In this document: piece by piece, positions 34,595 to 46,353 of the stretch
How the letters are laid out: every line of letters starts with the position of its first letter
How positions within the stretch are numbered: the first letter of the stretch is position 1
Virus record (IMG/VR): IMGVR_UViG_3300043410_000581
Location: 1 to 55,633 of that record
Length of the DNA: 55,633 nt
DNA from: a virus
Lineage: Duplodnaviria > Caudoviricetes
Reading direction: 5' to 3' (one strand)
Notes under the pieces: model-generated
Seen by the model: only the letters and a program-made list of their open reading frames with translations
The model's database searches: none
What the model was told of the DNA's origin: nothing
Made by a program: the position numbers and the translations under genes

Positions 34595-37500
34595 ATGGCT
34601 GATATCCAATCCAATATTAGTGTCAATATAGACACTAGTGGTGCTTTAGCAAGCCTAAAAGCTCTACAGGGTCAGATATCAGCCTTCCACCAGCAGATGT
34701 CAAAATCTGGTGCTCTAGCAGCATCAGAGATGTCTAAGATGCAGAATAGCCTAATGAATGGCATTAACCGTTCAGGGCAGTTCGATGCAAGACTAAAAAC
34801 AATCAAGACTACAACAGAATCATTCACTGAGGCTCTTGAAAAGAACAAGCTCTCCATGGGAGAATACTTTAGGTATGCTGGAGCAGCTACAAAAGACTTT
34901 GGAAAACTCTTTGGTAAAGAGTTCGACACAATTGAGAAGGTAGCTCGTGAAAGAGTAAAAGACCTTCAGACCCAATACATTAAAATGGGTCGTGATGCAA
35001 ATGGTGCAATGAAGGCTATTTCCATCAGACCACTTACCCTTGACCTAGATGATGCATCTACTAAAATGCAAATTGCTGCACAAAGACAGCAAATCCTAAA
35101 CCAGGTTCTTAAGCAAGGTTCTACACAGATGCTTAACTGGGGCAAGAATACTCAGTGGGCTGGTCGTCAGCTTATGGTTGGTTTTACTGTACCACTAACT
35201 ATGCTTGGACAAATTGCTGGCAAGACATTCATGCAGATGGAAGAGCAAGTAATTAAGTTCCAGCGTGTTTATGGAGACTTCTCAACTACAACTCAGCAAA
35301 CTAAGGAAATGACCACAGAGGTCACAAACCTTGCTAAAGCTTTTACAAAGTATGGCGTATCTGTATCTGACACAATGGGTATGGCTGCAGATGCAGCAGC
35401 AATGGGTAAGGTAGGAGCAGACCTTCTAGCCCAGGTACAATCAGCAACAGAGCTTTCAGTTCTCGGTGGCATTGATCAGAAACAAGCACTTGAAACAACC
35501 ATCTCTCTTACAAATGCTTTTGGTATTGCTACAGACCAGCTAAAGAGCAAGATTAACTTCTTGAACGTTGTAGAAAACCAAACCGTAACATCCATTGAAG
35601 ACTTGACTATTGCTATTCCAAAGGCTGCCCCTGTTATTAAGCAGCTTGGTGGTAACGTAGAAGACCTAGCATTCTTCCTAACAGCAATGAAGGAAGGTGG
35701 AATTGACGCAGCAGAAGGTGCTAACGCACTTAAGTCTGGTATTGCATCTATCATTAACCCAACTAAGAAGGCATCAGACATGCTTTCTGGTTTTGGTATT
35801 AACATTAAGGGTATCGTAGAAGCAAACAAGGGCGATGTCAAGGGCATGGTTATGGGTGTTGCAGAAGCACTCAACACACTTGACCCACTAAAGAGAGCAC
35901 AGGCAATTGAACAGCTATTCGGTAAGTTCCAGTTTGCTCGTATTTCAACTCTATTCAAGAACATCACAGATGTCAACTCTCAGGCAACAAAGGTTGCTGC
36001 ACTAGCTGCACAGGGTCCAGAGGCATCTGCTATCCTGGCTCAACGAGAGCTTAAGAAAATCGAAGAGTCTCCAATGTTCAAATTCAAGAAGGCATTGGAA
36101 GACCTTAAGACAGAACTTGTTCCACTTGGAGAACAGTTCCTAAAGATTGTAACACCAATTGCTGAATTTGTAAAGAAGGCTCTAGAAGGCTTTAATAATC
36201 TTAGTGATGGAGTAAAGGGGGTAGTTGGAAACATTGCTCTATGGCTTGGCGGTATTGGTCCAATCGCAATTATGACAATTGGTCTTATTGCTAACGGTGT
36301 TGCAAATATGATTAAGATTTTCGCAACAATTAAGGGATTCCTAAATGGTGTTGGCAAGGGCACACAAGACCTAGGCTCACAAACATCATACATGACATCA
36401 AAGCAGGTAGAAGCTGCAGCAGTAGCAGCATCACTTGACCAGGTTCACTCAAAGCTACGTCAGACATTTACAGCAGAAGCTGGTGCCGTAGCTAACCTAA
36501 CTACACAGCTTGAAAAGGCTGTAGCAGCACAGAAGCAGTTTGGATGGACTCCTGGTGCAATGCCAGGTGCAGCTGGTAAGGGTCGCAAGAAGTTTGCAGC
36601 TGGTGGTATGGTTGTTGGTCCAGGTGGACCAAAGGATGATCTAGTACCAACAGACCTGTCAAATGGAGAAGCTGTTATTGACGCAGCAACAGTAAAGAAA
36701 AACCCAAGAATTATTGGTGCTTTGTTTGCTGGTAAGAAGATTAACATTCCAGGGTATGCAAGTAACAATAGAGGAGCATTTAGATCTTCTGGACCAGTAA
36801 CAGCAGATACACCAAGCCAATATGAAAATGTATTTGCACACATTGCAGATCCAATCGCTATGACCCTTGAAGACTTTGTTAAGAAGCTCAAGGCTGCTGG
36901 TCAGGCTATTCCAGCAGATATTCAAAGAAAGCTAGATGCAGGATTTGAAAAGGCATCTGTTAGAACATACGGCGGACTAGGCTTTGAAACAAGACAGTCT
37001 TACAATGATGCCATGAAGCCAGGTAGAGCTGGCGTTGTTCCAAAAGACTTTATTAAGGATTTTGAAGACCGTGGACTAGATAAATGGAAGACATCATTAA
37101 AGGTAGCTGGTATAAATCTATCAGACGTTTCTGATGAGTTGGGTCAGCTAGATAAGTCAATTGTAGATCAAATTAAAAATGCTCAAAAACTAGACAAAAA
37201 CTTTGTTGTTACAGATAAAGCAATTGCAGACTTTACAGAAGTAGCTCTCAAACCACTTCGTGAAAAGGGAAGCCAGCTAGCAGCAGGATTTGATAAAGCA
37301 AAGAAGACAGTTACTGAAGTTCGTGGAAACACTACACAGGCTATAGCATCAGCAGCTGGTTACCGAGCAGAGCCAGGTCGTCCAGGATACTACATTAATG
37401 ACAAATATTCAGAAGGTGACAAAGACTATAGAGTTAATACTGGAAGACTAGTTAAGATTGGTGGAGGTGCCAAGGGCAAGACATCTCGTGGTGTTCTAGG

Positions 37501-40462
37501 TGGAGCTACCATGGACGACTTCACAGTTGAAGGAATCAAGGAATCAACAGATCAAAGATCACCATCCAGAAAGGCTAAAAAAGCTGGAGAGATGATTGGT
37601 ATTGGTGCTCTGCAGGGTATTGGCGAAGTAGCCAAAAAAGCAGGAACCCAAGCACAAAAAGATTCTATCGCATTAGCTTCAGCTACAAAGGCTGCATATG
37701 CAAAAGACTCTATTCTTAGAAACCTAACCATTCAGAAAAAGCAAGCAGAGATGATGGGTGCAAACACAGCATCTATCGAACAAGAAATTGCTGCTAGAAG
37801 AAAGGCTATCGCTGCTGAAATAAAGAATGCTGCTGCAGTAGACACTGCAACAAATGCAACAAAGTCTCAAGGATTTACAGGATCTGCTCCACTACCTGCT
37901 GGATACCAAGGACCTATTGGACCAAACGATAAGCGTAAGGGTAATGGACTTGGTTCTAGAATTCTTGGTGGTATCAAGGGCGTTGGTGGCAAGATCATGG
38001 GTGGTGGCGTTGCTTCTGGAATGGGTCTGGGTATGGCTGGTATGGCTGTTGGAATGATCCCTGGTATGGAGGGCGTAGGTTCAGCGATCTCTATGGCTGG
38101 TATGATCCCAAGCCTACTTCCAATGCTTGCAAACCCAATTGGAGCCACTGTGGCTGCCCTGGGACTTCTGACGGTAGGTATTATAGCTCTTAACGCAGCT
38201 AATGAAGAAAACAAGAGAAAGCAAATTGCTCTTGGTAATGCATCTGTAATGTCTGCAGATAAGATGATCAAGGTCTCTAAGGATCTTGGAACAGTTACTG
38301 CAACAGAAGCAAGAAGAAGTAGCCAAACAGCATCTATCGCAGGTATCTCAGAAAAGGATATGGGACAAGCAGCATCATATCTTGAAACAGATTCTGGTAA
38401 GGCAATGCTTGCAGACATTAAAACACAAAAAGAAGGTGGCAAGACAGACTCTGAAATTGCTAACTCAACTGTCAATAATCTAGCAAACCTTGTATCACAG
38501 GGAGCAATGTCAAAGGAAATAGCTTCTGGAATTCTAACTGCAATGGGGCAGAAGACAGGAAACTTTGCACTTACAGCATCTACATCACAACTTCAAAATC
38601 TTACATCTGGAAAGACAACAGATGTAGGTGCATCAACAGTTAAGGGTGTAAAAGAATCTTATGGAAACCTGGAGCCAACAACAGTTTCAACATATCGTGG
38701 AGAGTTCAGCACTCTTCCTACAATGATGCCCAAACTTCGTGAAGGTGCAGTAGCGACATCAAATGCATATGCTCAGATTGTTGGTCAAGCAGATATTCTT
38801 AACCAGAAACTAAAGAGTAATCAGATTACTCAAGAAGAATATAACGTAGAGATTACTGAAAATAAGAAGCAGCAAAAAGAAGTATCTGACCAAATTCTTA
38901 AAATTAAAAACACTATGGGTGCATCTGAATGGAATGATACCTTCACAAAGAATATTAAAGAATCTTTTGGTGAAGATAGCGAAGCAGCAAAGACAGCAGA
39001 TAAGATTAATGCACTTGGAGATAGCGACTTTAAGACAAACATGCAAATCAATCTTGAATCTGGTGCACTCACTCCAGATGTTGTAAACAAATTTATTGAG
39101 ATGCAAACAGCAGACGCAAACTTTGGAAAAATGTATACTGCTTCTGTTGCTGTAAATGGGCAAACAGAAACTGACAATCTGGTCATTGCCATGCTTGTTG
39201 CTGGAAAAGACCAAGCCCAGATCGATGCTGTTCTGAAGGTTGCATCAGACAATCCAGAAGCAATGTCCATTATTAACACTTTTACAAGTCGTGCAGGAAC
39301 ATTGGGAATTAGCCTTGGAGATATAGATCTTACAAATCTAGACAAGCTAAAGCTAATTAATGATGAGTATACCAAAATAGCTGACATGACAAAAAATGGA
39401 CCAATCACTCTTGAGATGGTTACAAAAACAGCAGGTTTCGAAGGATTTAAGGCAAATGCAGAATGGTTCAATGGTCTTCCAAAAGAACAACAGGCATGGG
39501 CAATGCAATACTATATCACTGTAAAAGATACAATCACTGGCGACGACATTAATGCATACATTAAAGCACACAGCCTAGGAGGAAGTGAGGCATTTGCAAA
39601 TTCATCTACTGGACAAATGATTCTTGCAGACCAGGGCACAAGAGATAGTGCTGCAAGTGCGATTGCGTCACAAAGAACAAGGACTGCACTTAACGCTCAG
39701 GTAAGCTCTGGTGCATTCAACACTGGCGGTAGCAGTGGTGGCGGTGGTGGTGGCTCCACAGCACCAACAAAATCAGATAAGATCAGTGCAGCCCTATCAA
39801 TTATTGGTCGCAAAGAAGACAAAATCAATAAGGCATATGATGAAAGACTCAAAGCACTTGATAAAATTCAGGCAGCCAATGATAAGATTAACCAGCAGAA
39901 GAAGGATCAGCTTGACATAGCAGATGCACTTTCAAAGGGTGATATTGGTGCTGCAGCACGAGCACAACAACAGGCTCGTGAAACTGCACAAGCAAATGCT
40001 CTACAAGAACAGCGTGATAGAATGACAGCTGCTCGTGATGCACAGATTAAGGGTCTAAAGGTTAATGGAATGACTAGAGACCAGATGGAAGCTTGGCAGC
40101 GTTCTCAAGAGAATACTGCAGATAACAAAACACTTGGCTCGTTCCACCTCGCAACTGGTGGTATGGTTCCAAATACTCAGTACCTAGCTCTTGGTGGAAA
40201 GCCAAAGGGAACCGACACAATTGCAGCTATGCTTACACCAGGAGAGTTTGTAGTTAAGAAGTCAGCAGTCAACAAGATTGGCTCTGGCAACATGAGCAAA
40301 ATTAATAGAGGAGAACTTCCTACAAACGCTGGCGGTTCAGTGTATAATTATAGTATCAATGTTAGTGTTAAGTCAGATGCAGACCCAGATAAGATTGCAA
40401 ATGTAGTTATGACAAAGATTAAGAATATTGAAAACCAGGGTATGAAGGGGGATAAGGCATAA
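34595..40462 (+). CDS. Tape measure protein (1955 aa)
   Basis: Long helical Ala/Gln-rich ORF; AEGANALKS...QLFGK TMP core; FAAGG/LTPGEFVVKKSAV motifs. Confidence 0.93.
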   Translation: MADIQSNISVNIDTSGALASLKALQGQISAFHQQMSKSGALAASEMSKMQNSLMNGINRSGQFDARLKTIKTTTESFTEALEKNKLSMGEYFRYAGAATKDFGKLFGKEFDTIEKVARERVKDLQTQYIKMGRDANGAMKAISIRPLTLDLDDASTKMQIAAQRQQILNQVLKQGSTQMLNWGKNTQWAGRQLMVGFTVPLTMLGQIAGKTFMQMEEQVIKFQRVYGDFSTTTQQTKEMTTEVTNLAKAFTKYGVSVSDTMGMAADAAAMGKVGADLLAQVQSATELSVLGGIDQKQALETTISLTNAFGIATDQLKSKINFLNVVENQTVTSIEDLTIAIPKAAPVIKQLGGNVEDLAFFLTAMKEGGIDAAEGANALKSGIASIINPTKKASDMLSGFGINIKGIVEANKGDVKGMVMGVAEALNTLDPLKRAQAIEQLFGKFQFARISTLFKNITDVNSQATKVAALAAQGPEASAILAQRELKKIEESPMFKFKKALEDLKTELVPLGEQFLKIVTPIAEFVKKALEGFNNLSDGVKGVVGNIALWLGGIGPIAIMTIGLIANGVANMIKIFATIKGFLNGVGKGTQDLGSQTSYMTSKQVEAAAVAASLDQVHSKLRQTFTAEAGAVANLTTQLEKAVAAQKQFGWTPGAMPGAAGKGRKKFAAGGMVVGPGGPKDDLVPTDLSNGEAVIDAATVKKNPRIIGALFAGKKINIPGYASNNRGAFRSSGPVTADTPSQYENVFAHIADPIAMTLEDFVKKLKAAGQAIPADIQRKLDAGFEKASVRTYGGLGFETRQSYNDAMKPGRAGVVPKDFIKDFEDRGLDKWKTSLKVAGINLSDVSDELGQLDKSIVDQIKNAQKLDKNFVVTDKAIADFTEVALKPLREKGSQLAAGFDKAKKTVTEVRGNTTQAIASAAGYRAEPGRPGYYINDKYSEGDKDYRVNTGRLVKIGGGAKGKTSRGVLGGATMDDFTVEGIKESTDQRSPSRKAKKAGEMIGIGALQGIGEVAKKAGTQAQKDSIALASATKAAYAKDSILRNLTIQKKQAEMMGANTASIEQEIAARRKAIAAEIKNAAAVDTATNATKSQGFTGSAPLPAGYQGPIGPNDKRKGNGLGSRILGGIKGVGGKIMGGGVASGMGLGMAGMAVGMIPGMEGVGSAISMAGMIPSLLPMLANPIGATVAALGLLTVGIIALNAANEENKRKQIALGNASVMSADKMIKVSKDLGTVTATEARRSSQTASIAGISEKDMGQAASYLETDSGKAMLADIKTQKEGGKTDSEIANSTVNNLANLVSQGAMSKEIASGILTAMGQKTGNFALTASTSQLQNLTSGKTTDVGASTVKGVKESYGNLEPTTVSTYRGEFSTLPTMMPKLREGAVATSNAYAQIVGQADILNQKLKSNQITQEEYNVEITENKKQQKEVSDQILKIKNTMGASEWNDTFTKNIKESFGEDSEAAKTADKINALGDSDFKTNMQINLESGALTPDVVNKFIEMQTADANFGKMYTASVAVNGQTETDNLVIAMLVAGKDQAQIDAVLKVASDNPEAMSIINTFTSRAGTLGISLGDIDLTNLDKLKLINDEYTKIADMTKNGPITLEMVTKTAGFEGFKANAEWFNGLPKEQQAWAMQYYITVKDTITGDDINAYIKAHSLGGSEAFANSSTGQMILADQGTRDSAASAIASQRTRTALNAQVSSGAFNTGGSSGGGGGGSTAPTKSDKISAALSIIGRKEDKINKAYDERLKALDKIQAANDKINQQKKDQLDIADALSKGDIGAAARAQQQARETAQANALQEQRDRMTAARDAQIKGLKVNGMTRDQMEAWQRSQENTADNKTLGSFHLATGGMVPNTQYLALGGKPKGTDTIAAMLTPGEFVVKKSAVNKIGSGNMSKINRGELPTNAGGSVYNYSINVSVKSDADPDKIANVVMTKIKNIENQGMKGDKA

Positions 40463-41271
40463 TGGCAACAGCAAACTATATGGACGGAAGAGTCAAGTAC
40501 AAAAGACCGCAAGCCGTTATCTTTGCAGATAACCCAGGCACACTTGACACAGTGTGGACATCATCTGGAAGAACAGCAACTCTAACATCTGGTGGAACAA
40601 CGTTCGTAGCACTTAATGGTATATCTGGCATGTATGTTGGTCAATCATTCCAGGTAACAAGCGGTGCTGGTGCATTCGGAACAAATGCAAAGATTACTGC
40701 TATTAATCAGCAGACATTAGTCGTTACAGTATCAGTCCCACATGCAACTACTGGCTCAGTAGTATTCCGCACAGGAAGTATTTCATATGTTCCAGAAGGA
40801 ACAGAGTTCGTAAACTTTATTGTTCTATCAGACCACAATAGATCACCAATCGATATCTCTACAGACCGTATTGAAAAGCGTGAACGTATGGTGAATGGGC
40901 GTATGCGTTCATACCACGTTGTTGACAAAATTAAGTTTGGTCTATCATGGGACATGCTTCCATCAAGAGCATTCTATACAACACCAACTTTTAATTCAAG
41001 TGGAAAGCCAAACATAGAGCCATACACAGTAGATGGCGGTGCAGGTGGTAATGATCTGCTAAAATGGTATGAGGATCATGTTGGATCTTTTTGGGTGTAC
41101 CTTGCATATGACAAGTACACAGCAATAGGAACAGATGCAGCAGCATATGGGCACATGAACCAATATAACCAGGTAATTGAAATGTACACATCAGATTTCT
41201 CTCACAATGTTAAAACAAGAGGGAGCCTATTCGATATGTGGGATGTTTCAATTTCCCTAGAAGAGGCATAG
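40462..41271 (+). CDS. Distal tail-type minor tail protein
   Basis: Immediately after TMP; RMVNGRMRSY and WDVSISLEEA. Confidence 0.65.
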   Translation: MATANYMDGRVKYKRPQAVIFADNPGTLDTVWTSSGRTATLTSGGTTFVALNGISGMYVGQSFQVTSGAGAFGTNAKITAINQQTLVVTVSVPHATTGSVVFRTGSISYVPEGTEFVNFIVLSDHNRSPIDISTDRIEKRERMVNGRMRSYHVVDKIKFGLSWDMLPSRAFYTTPTFNSSGKPNIEPYTVDGGAGGNDLLKWYEDHVGSFWVYLAYDKYTAIGTDAAAYGHMNQYNQVIEMYTSDFSHNVKTRGSLFDMWDVSISLEEA

Positions 41272-41272
41272 T

Positions 41273-44200
41273 ATGTGGAATAGTATAAATAACGTAGTAG
41301 AAGATTACTTAGAAACTTCATCGACAATCCGTTCACAGTCATTGGTGACTGCTGAGTGGAATTTAAACATGATTGATAATGTTAGCGAAATTGGTAACTA
41401 TAGACATAGACCAAGCAGTGCTGACGGAGACTCTGACTTTATTTATAACATAGTAGCTCCAGCATTTATAAGAGAGACAAGTTCTGCTCATGGAAGCTCT
41501 TTTTACTACGGTGCAACAGATGCAGATATAGTAGTTGACGGAGGGTTTGATGAAAACAATGACCCAATCATCTTTACAACAATAAAGAAAAAGATGAAGG
41601 CTCTATTCTCCCTAGAAGACTGCCTTGGCAGATTCCGACCACGTTCTGGAATTAATAAGGTGATCTACTTTGACGGTAAATACTTAAACCGTGTACACGC
41701 TGATATGGCACGTCAACCAAGATTTTATTTCCCAACACCAGACGACAAGTTTAAGTACTGGACATCCTATAGAACTGAGGGTAGGGCAATACAGCTAGAG
41801 TCAACAGTTACCAAGGTATACGTAACAGAAACAGTTAATGGACAAAAGATAACTAGAATAAAAGCACCACTGAATGGATTCAAGGCTGGAGATTCTGTTT
41901 CATTTACAGATACAGGAATAGCTGCACTAGATGGAAAATCATTTGTAGTTAGTTCATCTAGCTCTAACTACATAAAGATATATGGAGATATTTCTGCAAC
42001 CATTCAAACAGTAGCTAATGGAATTGCCTCATCAACATCTATGCAAAATTCTACAAGAGGATTTTCGTATAGAGAAGGAGAAGACTTCCTAATTGATGAT
42101 GCTGCACCATTCGTAGTTTACAAAGAGACTGTGCCAGCAAACAGGATTACAGTTAAGATGCAGACCAAGGTTGGCGAAATCGATTTGGGACCATATTACG
42201 ATACAGATGGAAATGAATATGATGATCCATTCTTTGACAAAGACGGAAACCGTGTAAAAGAGACACCACTTGACTGGAAGATTCAGACACTAGATTCTGG
42301 GAATCAGTGGGTAGATGCATATGACTTTGCACTAAATCCATATGATATCCCATCACACGGACATGTTGAAATGTCATATGGATTAAACGTTCCAGAGACA
42401 ACAGTAAACATATCAAATCTAAGAGAGATCTTCCTAATAGCTGGAACAATTTCTTCATCATCAGCACTTCCAGATGCAGCACCAGAAGGATACGCATATC
42501 TTGTAACAGAGATTAATGGACCTGGAACAATTTATGTAGCCTACCATGACAATTTGGGGTTCGCAGGATATGACTCATTTGATGCTGTATATGCATGGTA
42601 TCTGTCAAACCAAGAGATTCCAACAAATACATCAAGCTTCGTAACTGACTTTACCAATCCAGCATTCTATATGCAAGATGGTATTAAAAAGTATAGAGAT
42701 ATTCAGTATATCAATGGTATGAGAATTGTAGTAAAGTCAATGACTGCAGAGAATGCGTCATTCGACCTTATTGAGATGTCACCAAGACTGGCTGCAAATA
42801 TCACAGACATGACACAAAAAATTTCTCTGCAAAAACATGCATCAGACCTTGGTTCAAGCGGTATGCCTGTTGGTCAGCTACTAGCTTCTACAGGAACACT
42901 AAGTCTTTTCGACTTTGACCAATCTTTTAACAAGAATAACCCAGACAGCATGGTTGCTAACCTATCTTCAAAGAATCTTCAGATTAAGGTATACGAAAGC
43001 CTATTCCCAGGTAATGGAATAGTCTACAATATTCCAATTAAGACATTATACGCAGACGGATTCCCAGAATCAAATGATGAGTCTAGAGAAGTCACGATAA
43101 AGATTAGAGACCTGTTCTTCTACTTTGAGTCAGTCAAAGCACCAGAACTTCTAATTCCAAACTGCTCACTAAGCATGGCTGTATCATGTCTAATGGATTC
43201 AATTGGATTCTCAAACTATACATTCAAGCGTCCAGATGGCGAAACAAAGGAAGCAGTAATTCCGTACTTCTTTGTTGGACCAGATACCACAGTTGCTCAG
43301 GTACTAGAAGATCTAGCAGTATCTACACAGACAGCGATGTTCTTTGACGAATATAACAATTTAATTCTAATGTCGAAAGAATACATGATGCCAAAGAATG
43401 AAGACGTTAGACCAACAGACTTTACTTTTGTTGGTGACGATACATCTCTTGCAAACATTATGCAAATCCAGTCCATTGATGATGACGTTTATAATGATGG
43501 AAAGATTGTTTATGAAACAAAGTATATTCAAAGATCATATTCATCTCTAGCACAGGCTGGTCACATTGATCAAGACAAGACATGGATATATAAGCCAGTC
43601 CTACTTTGGGAGGTATCTCCAGAAGAGAATACAAAGTCATGGAATGATGAATCTGCCAAGCAGTCTTCATACACACTTTCTGCAATTCCTCTAGACACAA
43701 CACTTACAGCAGATCTTCCACAAGTTGTAAATGGAGTAATAGTAAACAATGTGATGGACCTAGGTGAAGCCGTATATTGGCTATCTCGTTACAATGGATA
43801 CTTCTATGCAAATGGAGAAATCATTCAATTTGATGCAGTTCAATACAATGTTGCCAATGTTGGCAATGTTTGGATTTCAGATGTAGAGGAATACCAGAAG
43901 TATTTTGCTAATATTCCTTTTGGTGGTAAGATTTACCCAACAGGCTTAGTTAGAATTTTTGCAGAACCATTCTACAACAGCACAACTAATACACTAAAGG
44001 AAGGTGCTGTAGCCAAGCATGGTCGTGCACAATTTGGTACAGATGCAGTATTGCACCAGGCAGGTCTAGATTCTACATGGGTAGAAGATAAAAACAAGAA
44101 GACATTCTTGATGAACAGCTCTTTAATGTTTAATGGTGGAACAGTTCCAGATACATATCAAAACGTATCTTCTGGAAATCTCAATTCTGCAACAAGAGTA

Positions 44201-45823
44201 AAGATTGGATACGCTACTGTAAATGGAGTTATAAAGAATTACCTAAGTGCCAACTCTGTTAAAGAAACAGAAGCAAATAACTCTAAAGACTCAACAGTTC
44301 CAGGAACAATCCAAAGCTCCGCACTAGTTCTTGACGGTCCAACATACCCATCTGGATATAACCCACAACAGTTTGTTCAGTATGTATATAAGCCAATGGC
44401 AGACTCATACCAGCACTTTTCAACTAGAATGAGAATTATTGGATCAATGGAAGACGAAAAGGCTAAGTCTCAGTCACCTGTTGGTAGCACACCATACTAT
44501 AAAGTAAATGGAGAAAACGTTGGTGGTTCATCTGGCGGTATTGCAATTTGGGTAGACCCAGCAACTAACTGCGGATACTATTACGAAATCGTAGCATTGA
44601 CAGACACAGAAGTAAATGCATTTACTGGAACTGCAGAAGCAATTAACACAGTATTCTTCTATAAGATTCAGGCAGCTGCAGATGGTACAGCAATTCCAAT
44701 TGTTCTTTGGTCTGGTCTAACTCCAATCATCTGTGATGATGGACGATTCACTGGTCAGGCTAGAATGACTACAGAAAAGAATCCGACGGTATATGATTTG
44801 GGAGTAGAGTTCTCAATTAAAGACAGCGATAACGTTAAGTTTAACCTATACATGAATGACGAAATGATTGCAACGGTTACAGATAAAGATAGACTGCAGC
44901 AAAAGAATGGAATCTCCTTGTTTGTTCGTGGTTCAGCAAGAGCAATGTTTGAAAACGTATTTGCCATTAAGCAAAATTATTCAGATGAAAGATCTGGAAA
45001 ACTTAATGCACCAGTAAGCTCGGCATTTGGATTTACTAATCCATCATCTACTGTAGCATCTAGACGATTCTCTTTAAGCGGTGCCATTAAGAGCACAGTG
45101 CTAGATGGATTGTCAAACGTATATGAGCCACAGTACAACATGTACTTTGAAGAGTTTGGAACTATCATGAGAGAGTGTGCATACTTCAACATTAAGTACG
45201 ATAAGGCGTATCCTGCACTCTACGCAAAAATGTCTCCAACATTCAATAACAATCAGGGATACGCTGTGTCTGGATTTACAGCAAATGCCTTTGGTGCTCA
45301 GTTCTTGCTGTTCAATACAACAGATACAGTTCTTAGCCTAGACAGTGGTAGTGGAAACTATCTAAGAATTCAGGGAGTTACATTTACACAAAACTCTCGC
45401 CACGACCTAACTGTGGACGAATTCTTCTCTGACGCTGGAGATCTTTCTGACCCAGAATACAGAGACGGAAAAGTCTACAATGCTAAGTACGATGAGTCAT
45501 ACGATGATCTCAAAAAGAATAGATTATCATATGGAAAGAAATCTTTCACACTAGATGCACCATACATCCAAACACAAGATGCAGCAAAAGACATGATGAC
45601 ATGGCTTGTTGGAAAGATAATGAAGCCACGCAAGGCAGTAGGTCTTGAAGTGTTCTCAATGCCACATCTTCAGCTTGGGGACATTGTGGAAATCCAGTTT
45701 AATAAAGACGGTATTGGTCAGGTCTCTAAATCATCTTCTGGAAGATACGTAATCTACTCAATAGAGTATAATAGAGATAATAATGGTCCATCAACCATTA
45801 TGCACTTAAGCGAGGTAAAATAA
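41273..45823 (+). CDS. Large tail tip/baseplate hub protein (1516 aa)
   Basis: VAQVLEDLAVSTQTAMFFDEYNNL; C-terminal PHLQLGDIVEI hub-type motif. Confidence 0.75.
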   Translation: MWNSINNVVEDYLETSSTIRSQSLVTAEWNLNMIDNVSEIGNYRHRPSSADGDSDFIYNIVAPAFIRETSSAHGSSFYYGATDADIVVDGGFDENNDPIIFTTIKKKMKALFSLEDCLGRFRPRSGINKVIYFDGKYLNRVHADMARQPRFYFPTPDDKFKYWTSYRTEGRAIQLESTVTKVYVTETVNGQKITRIKAPLNGFKAGDSVSFTDTGIAALDGKSFVVSSSSSNYIKIYGDISATIQTVANGIASSTSMQNSTRGFSYREGEDFLIDDAAPFVVYKETVPANRITVKMQTKVGEIDLGPYYDTDGNEYDDPFFDKDGNRVKETPLDWKIQTLDSGNQWVDAYDFALNPYDIPSHGHVEMSYGLNVPETTVNISNLREIFLIAGTISSSSALPDAAPEGYAYLVTEINGPGTIYVAYHDNLGFAGYDSFDAVYAWYLSNQEIPTNTSSFVTDFTNPAFYMQDGIKKYRDIQYINGMRIVVKSMTAENASFDLIEMSPRLAANITDMTQKISLQKHASDLGSSGMPVGQLLASTGTLSLFDFDQSFNKNNPDSMVANLSSKNLQIKVYESLFPGNGIVYNIPIKTLYADGFPESNDESREVTIKIRDLFFYFESVKAPELLIPNCSLSMAVSCLMDSIGFSNYTFKRPDGETKEAVIPYFFVGPDTTVAQVLEDLAVSTQTAMFFDEYNNLILMSKEYMMPKNEDVRPTDFTFVGDDTSLANIMQIQSIDDDVYNDGKIVYETKYIQRSYSSLAQAGHIDQDKTWIYKPVLLWEVSPEENTKSWNDESAKQSSYTLSAIPLDTTLTADLPQVVNGVIVNNVMDLGEAVYWLSRYNGYFYANGEIIQFDAVQYNVANVGNVWISDVEEYQKYFANIPFGGKIYPTGLVRIFAEPFYNSTTNTLKEGAVAKHGRAQFGTDAVLHQAGLDSTWVEDKNKKTFLMNSSLMFNGGTVPDTYQNVSSGNLNSATRVKIGYATVNGVIKNYLSANSVKETEANNSKDSTVPGTIQSSALVLDGPTYPSGYNPQQFVQYVYKPMADSYQHFSTRMRIIGSMEDEKAKSQSPVGSTPYYKVNGENVGGSSGGIAIWVDPATNCGYYYEIVALTDTEVNAFTGTAEAINTVFFYKIQAAADGTAIPIVLWSGLTPIICDDGRFTGQARMTTEKNPTVYDLGVEFSIKDSDNVKFNLYMNDEMIATVTDKDRLQQKNGISLFVRGSARAMFENVFAIKQNYSDERSGKLNAPVSSAFGFTNPSSTVASRRFSLSGAIKSTVLDGLSNVYEPQYNMYFEEFGTIMRECAYFNIKYDKAYPALYAKMSPTFNNNQGYAVSGFTANAFGAQFLLFNTTDTVLSLDSGSGNYLRIQGVTFTQNSRHDLTVDEFFSDAGDLSDPEYRDGKVYNAKYDESYDDLKKNRLSYGKKSFTLDAPYIQTQDAAKDMMTWLVGKIMKPRKAVGLEVFSMPHLQLGDIVEIQFNKDGIGQVSKSSSGRYVIYSIEYNRDNNGPSTIMHLSEVK

Positions 45824-46338
45824 TGGCAGCAGTCTTAGTAGTTAAACCAGCAGTTCCACCTAAAAAAGATAGGGCTGCCTCTAAGGTGGTTAAGGTTGCA
45901 ACATCGAACCTATTTATTACAGACCAACGTGTAGAGCAGACAGACCTAATGGCAGATGCTATTCTTGAGGATATTGGTGGACAAGAGCTTATTAATATAA
46001 CCAGGAATGACCTTTTGAATGGTCAGAATGTAACCTACAACGTAATAGAGAACCTAGAATCGACTCAAAGAAAGTTTAACCCAGGTGAGCTAATTAAGCT
46101 TCAGAGCACATCTTCAGATTTTTTCGAGTCATTCTCCCTAGACCTAAACGATTTTACTCCAAACTTTGGAACTGGGGTAATAGATGCTGGAGTAAATGCT
46201 GGACAAAACTCTGGAGAGATAGTCTACGTTGACCCAGATACAGGTAATCTCATTATCAATACAATTAATTTATCAGACAATCTTGTTCTGGAGGTGAGCT
46301 TTGTATCATACTCAGATATCTCTTCAACAGAGGTTTAA
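45823..46338 (+). CDS. Minor tail protein (hypothetical)
   Basis: Coupled ORF in tail module. Confidence 0.65.
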   Translation: MAAVLVVKPAVPPKKDRAASKVVKVATSNLFITDQRVEQTDLMADAILEDIGGQELINITRNDLLNGQNVTYNVIENLESTQRKFNPGELIKLQSTSSDFFESFSLDLNDFTPNFGTGVIDAGVNAGQNSGEIVYVDPDTGNLIINTINLSDNLVLEVSFVSYSDISSTEV

Positions 46339-46353
46339 TGATACAATATTAAT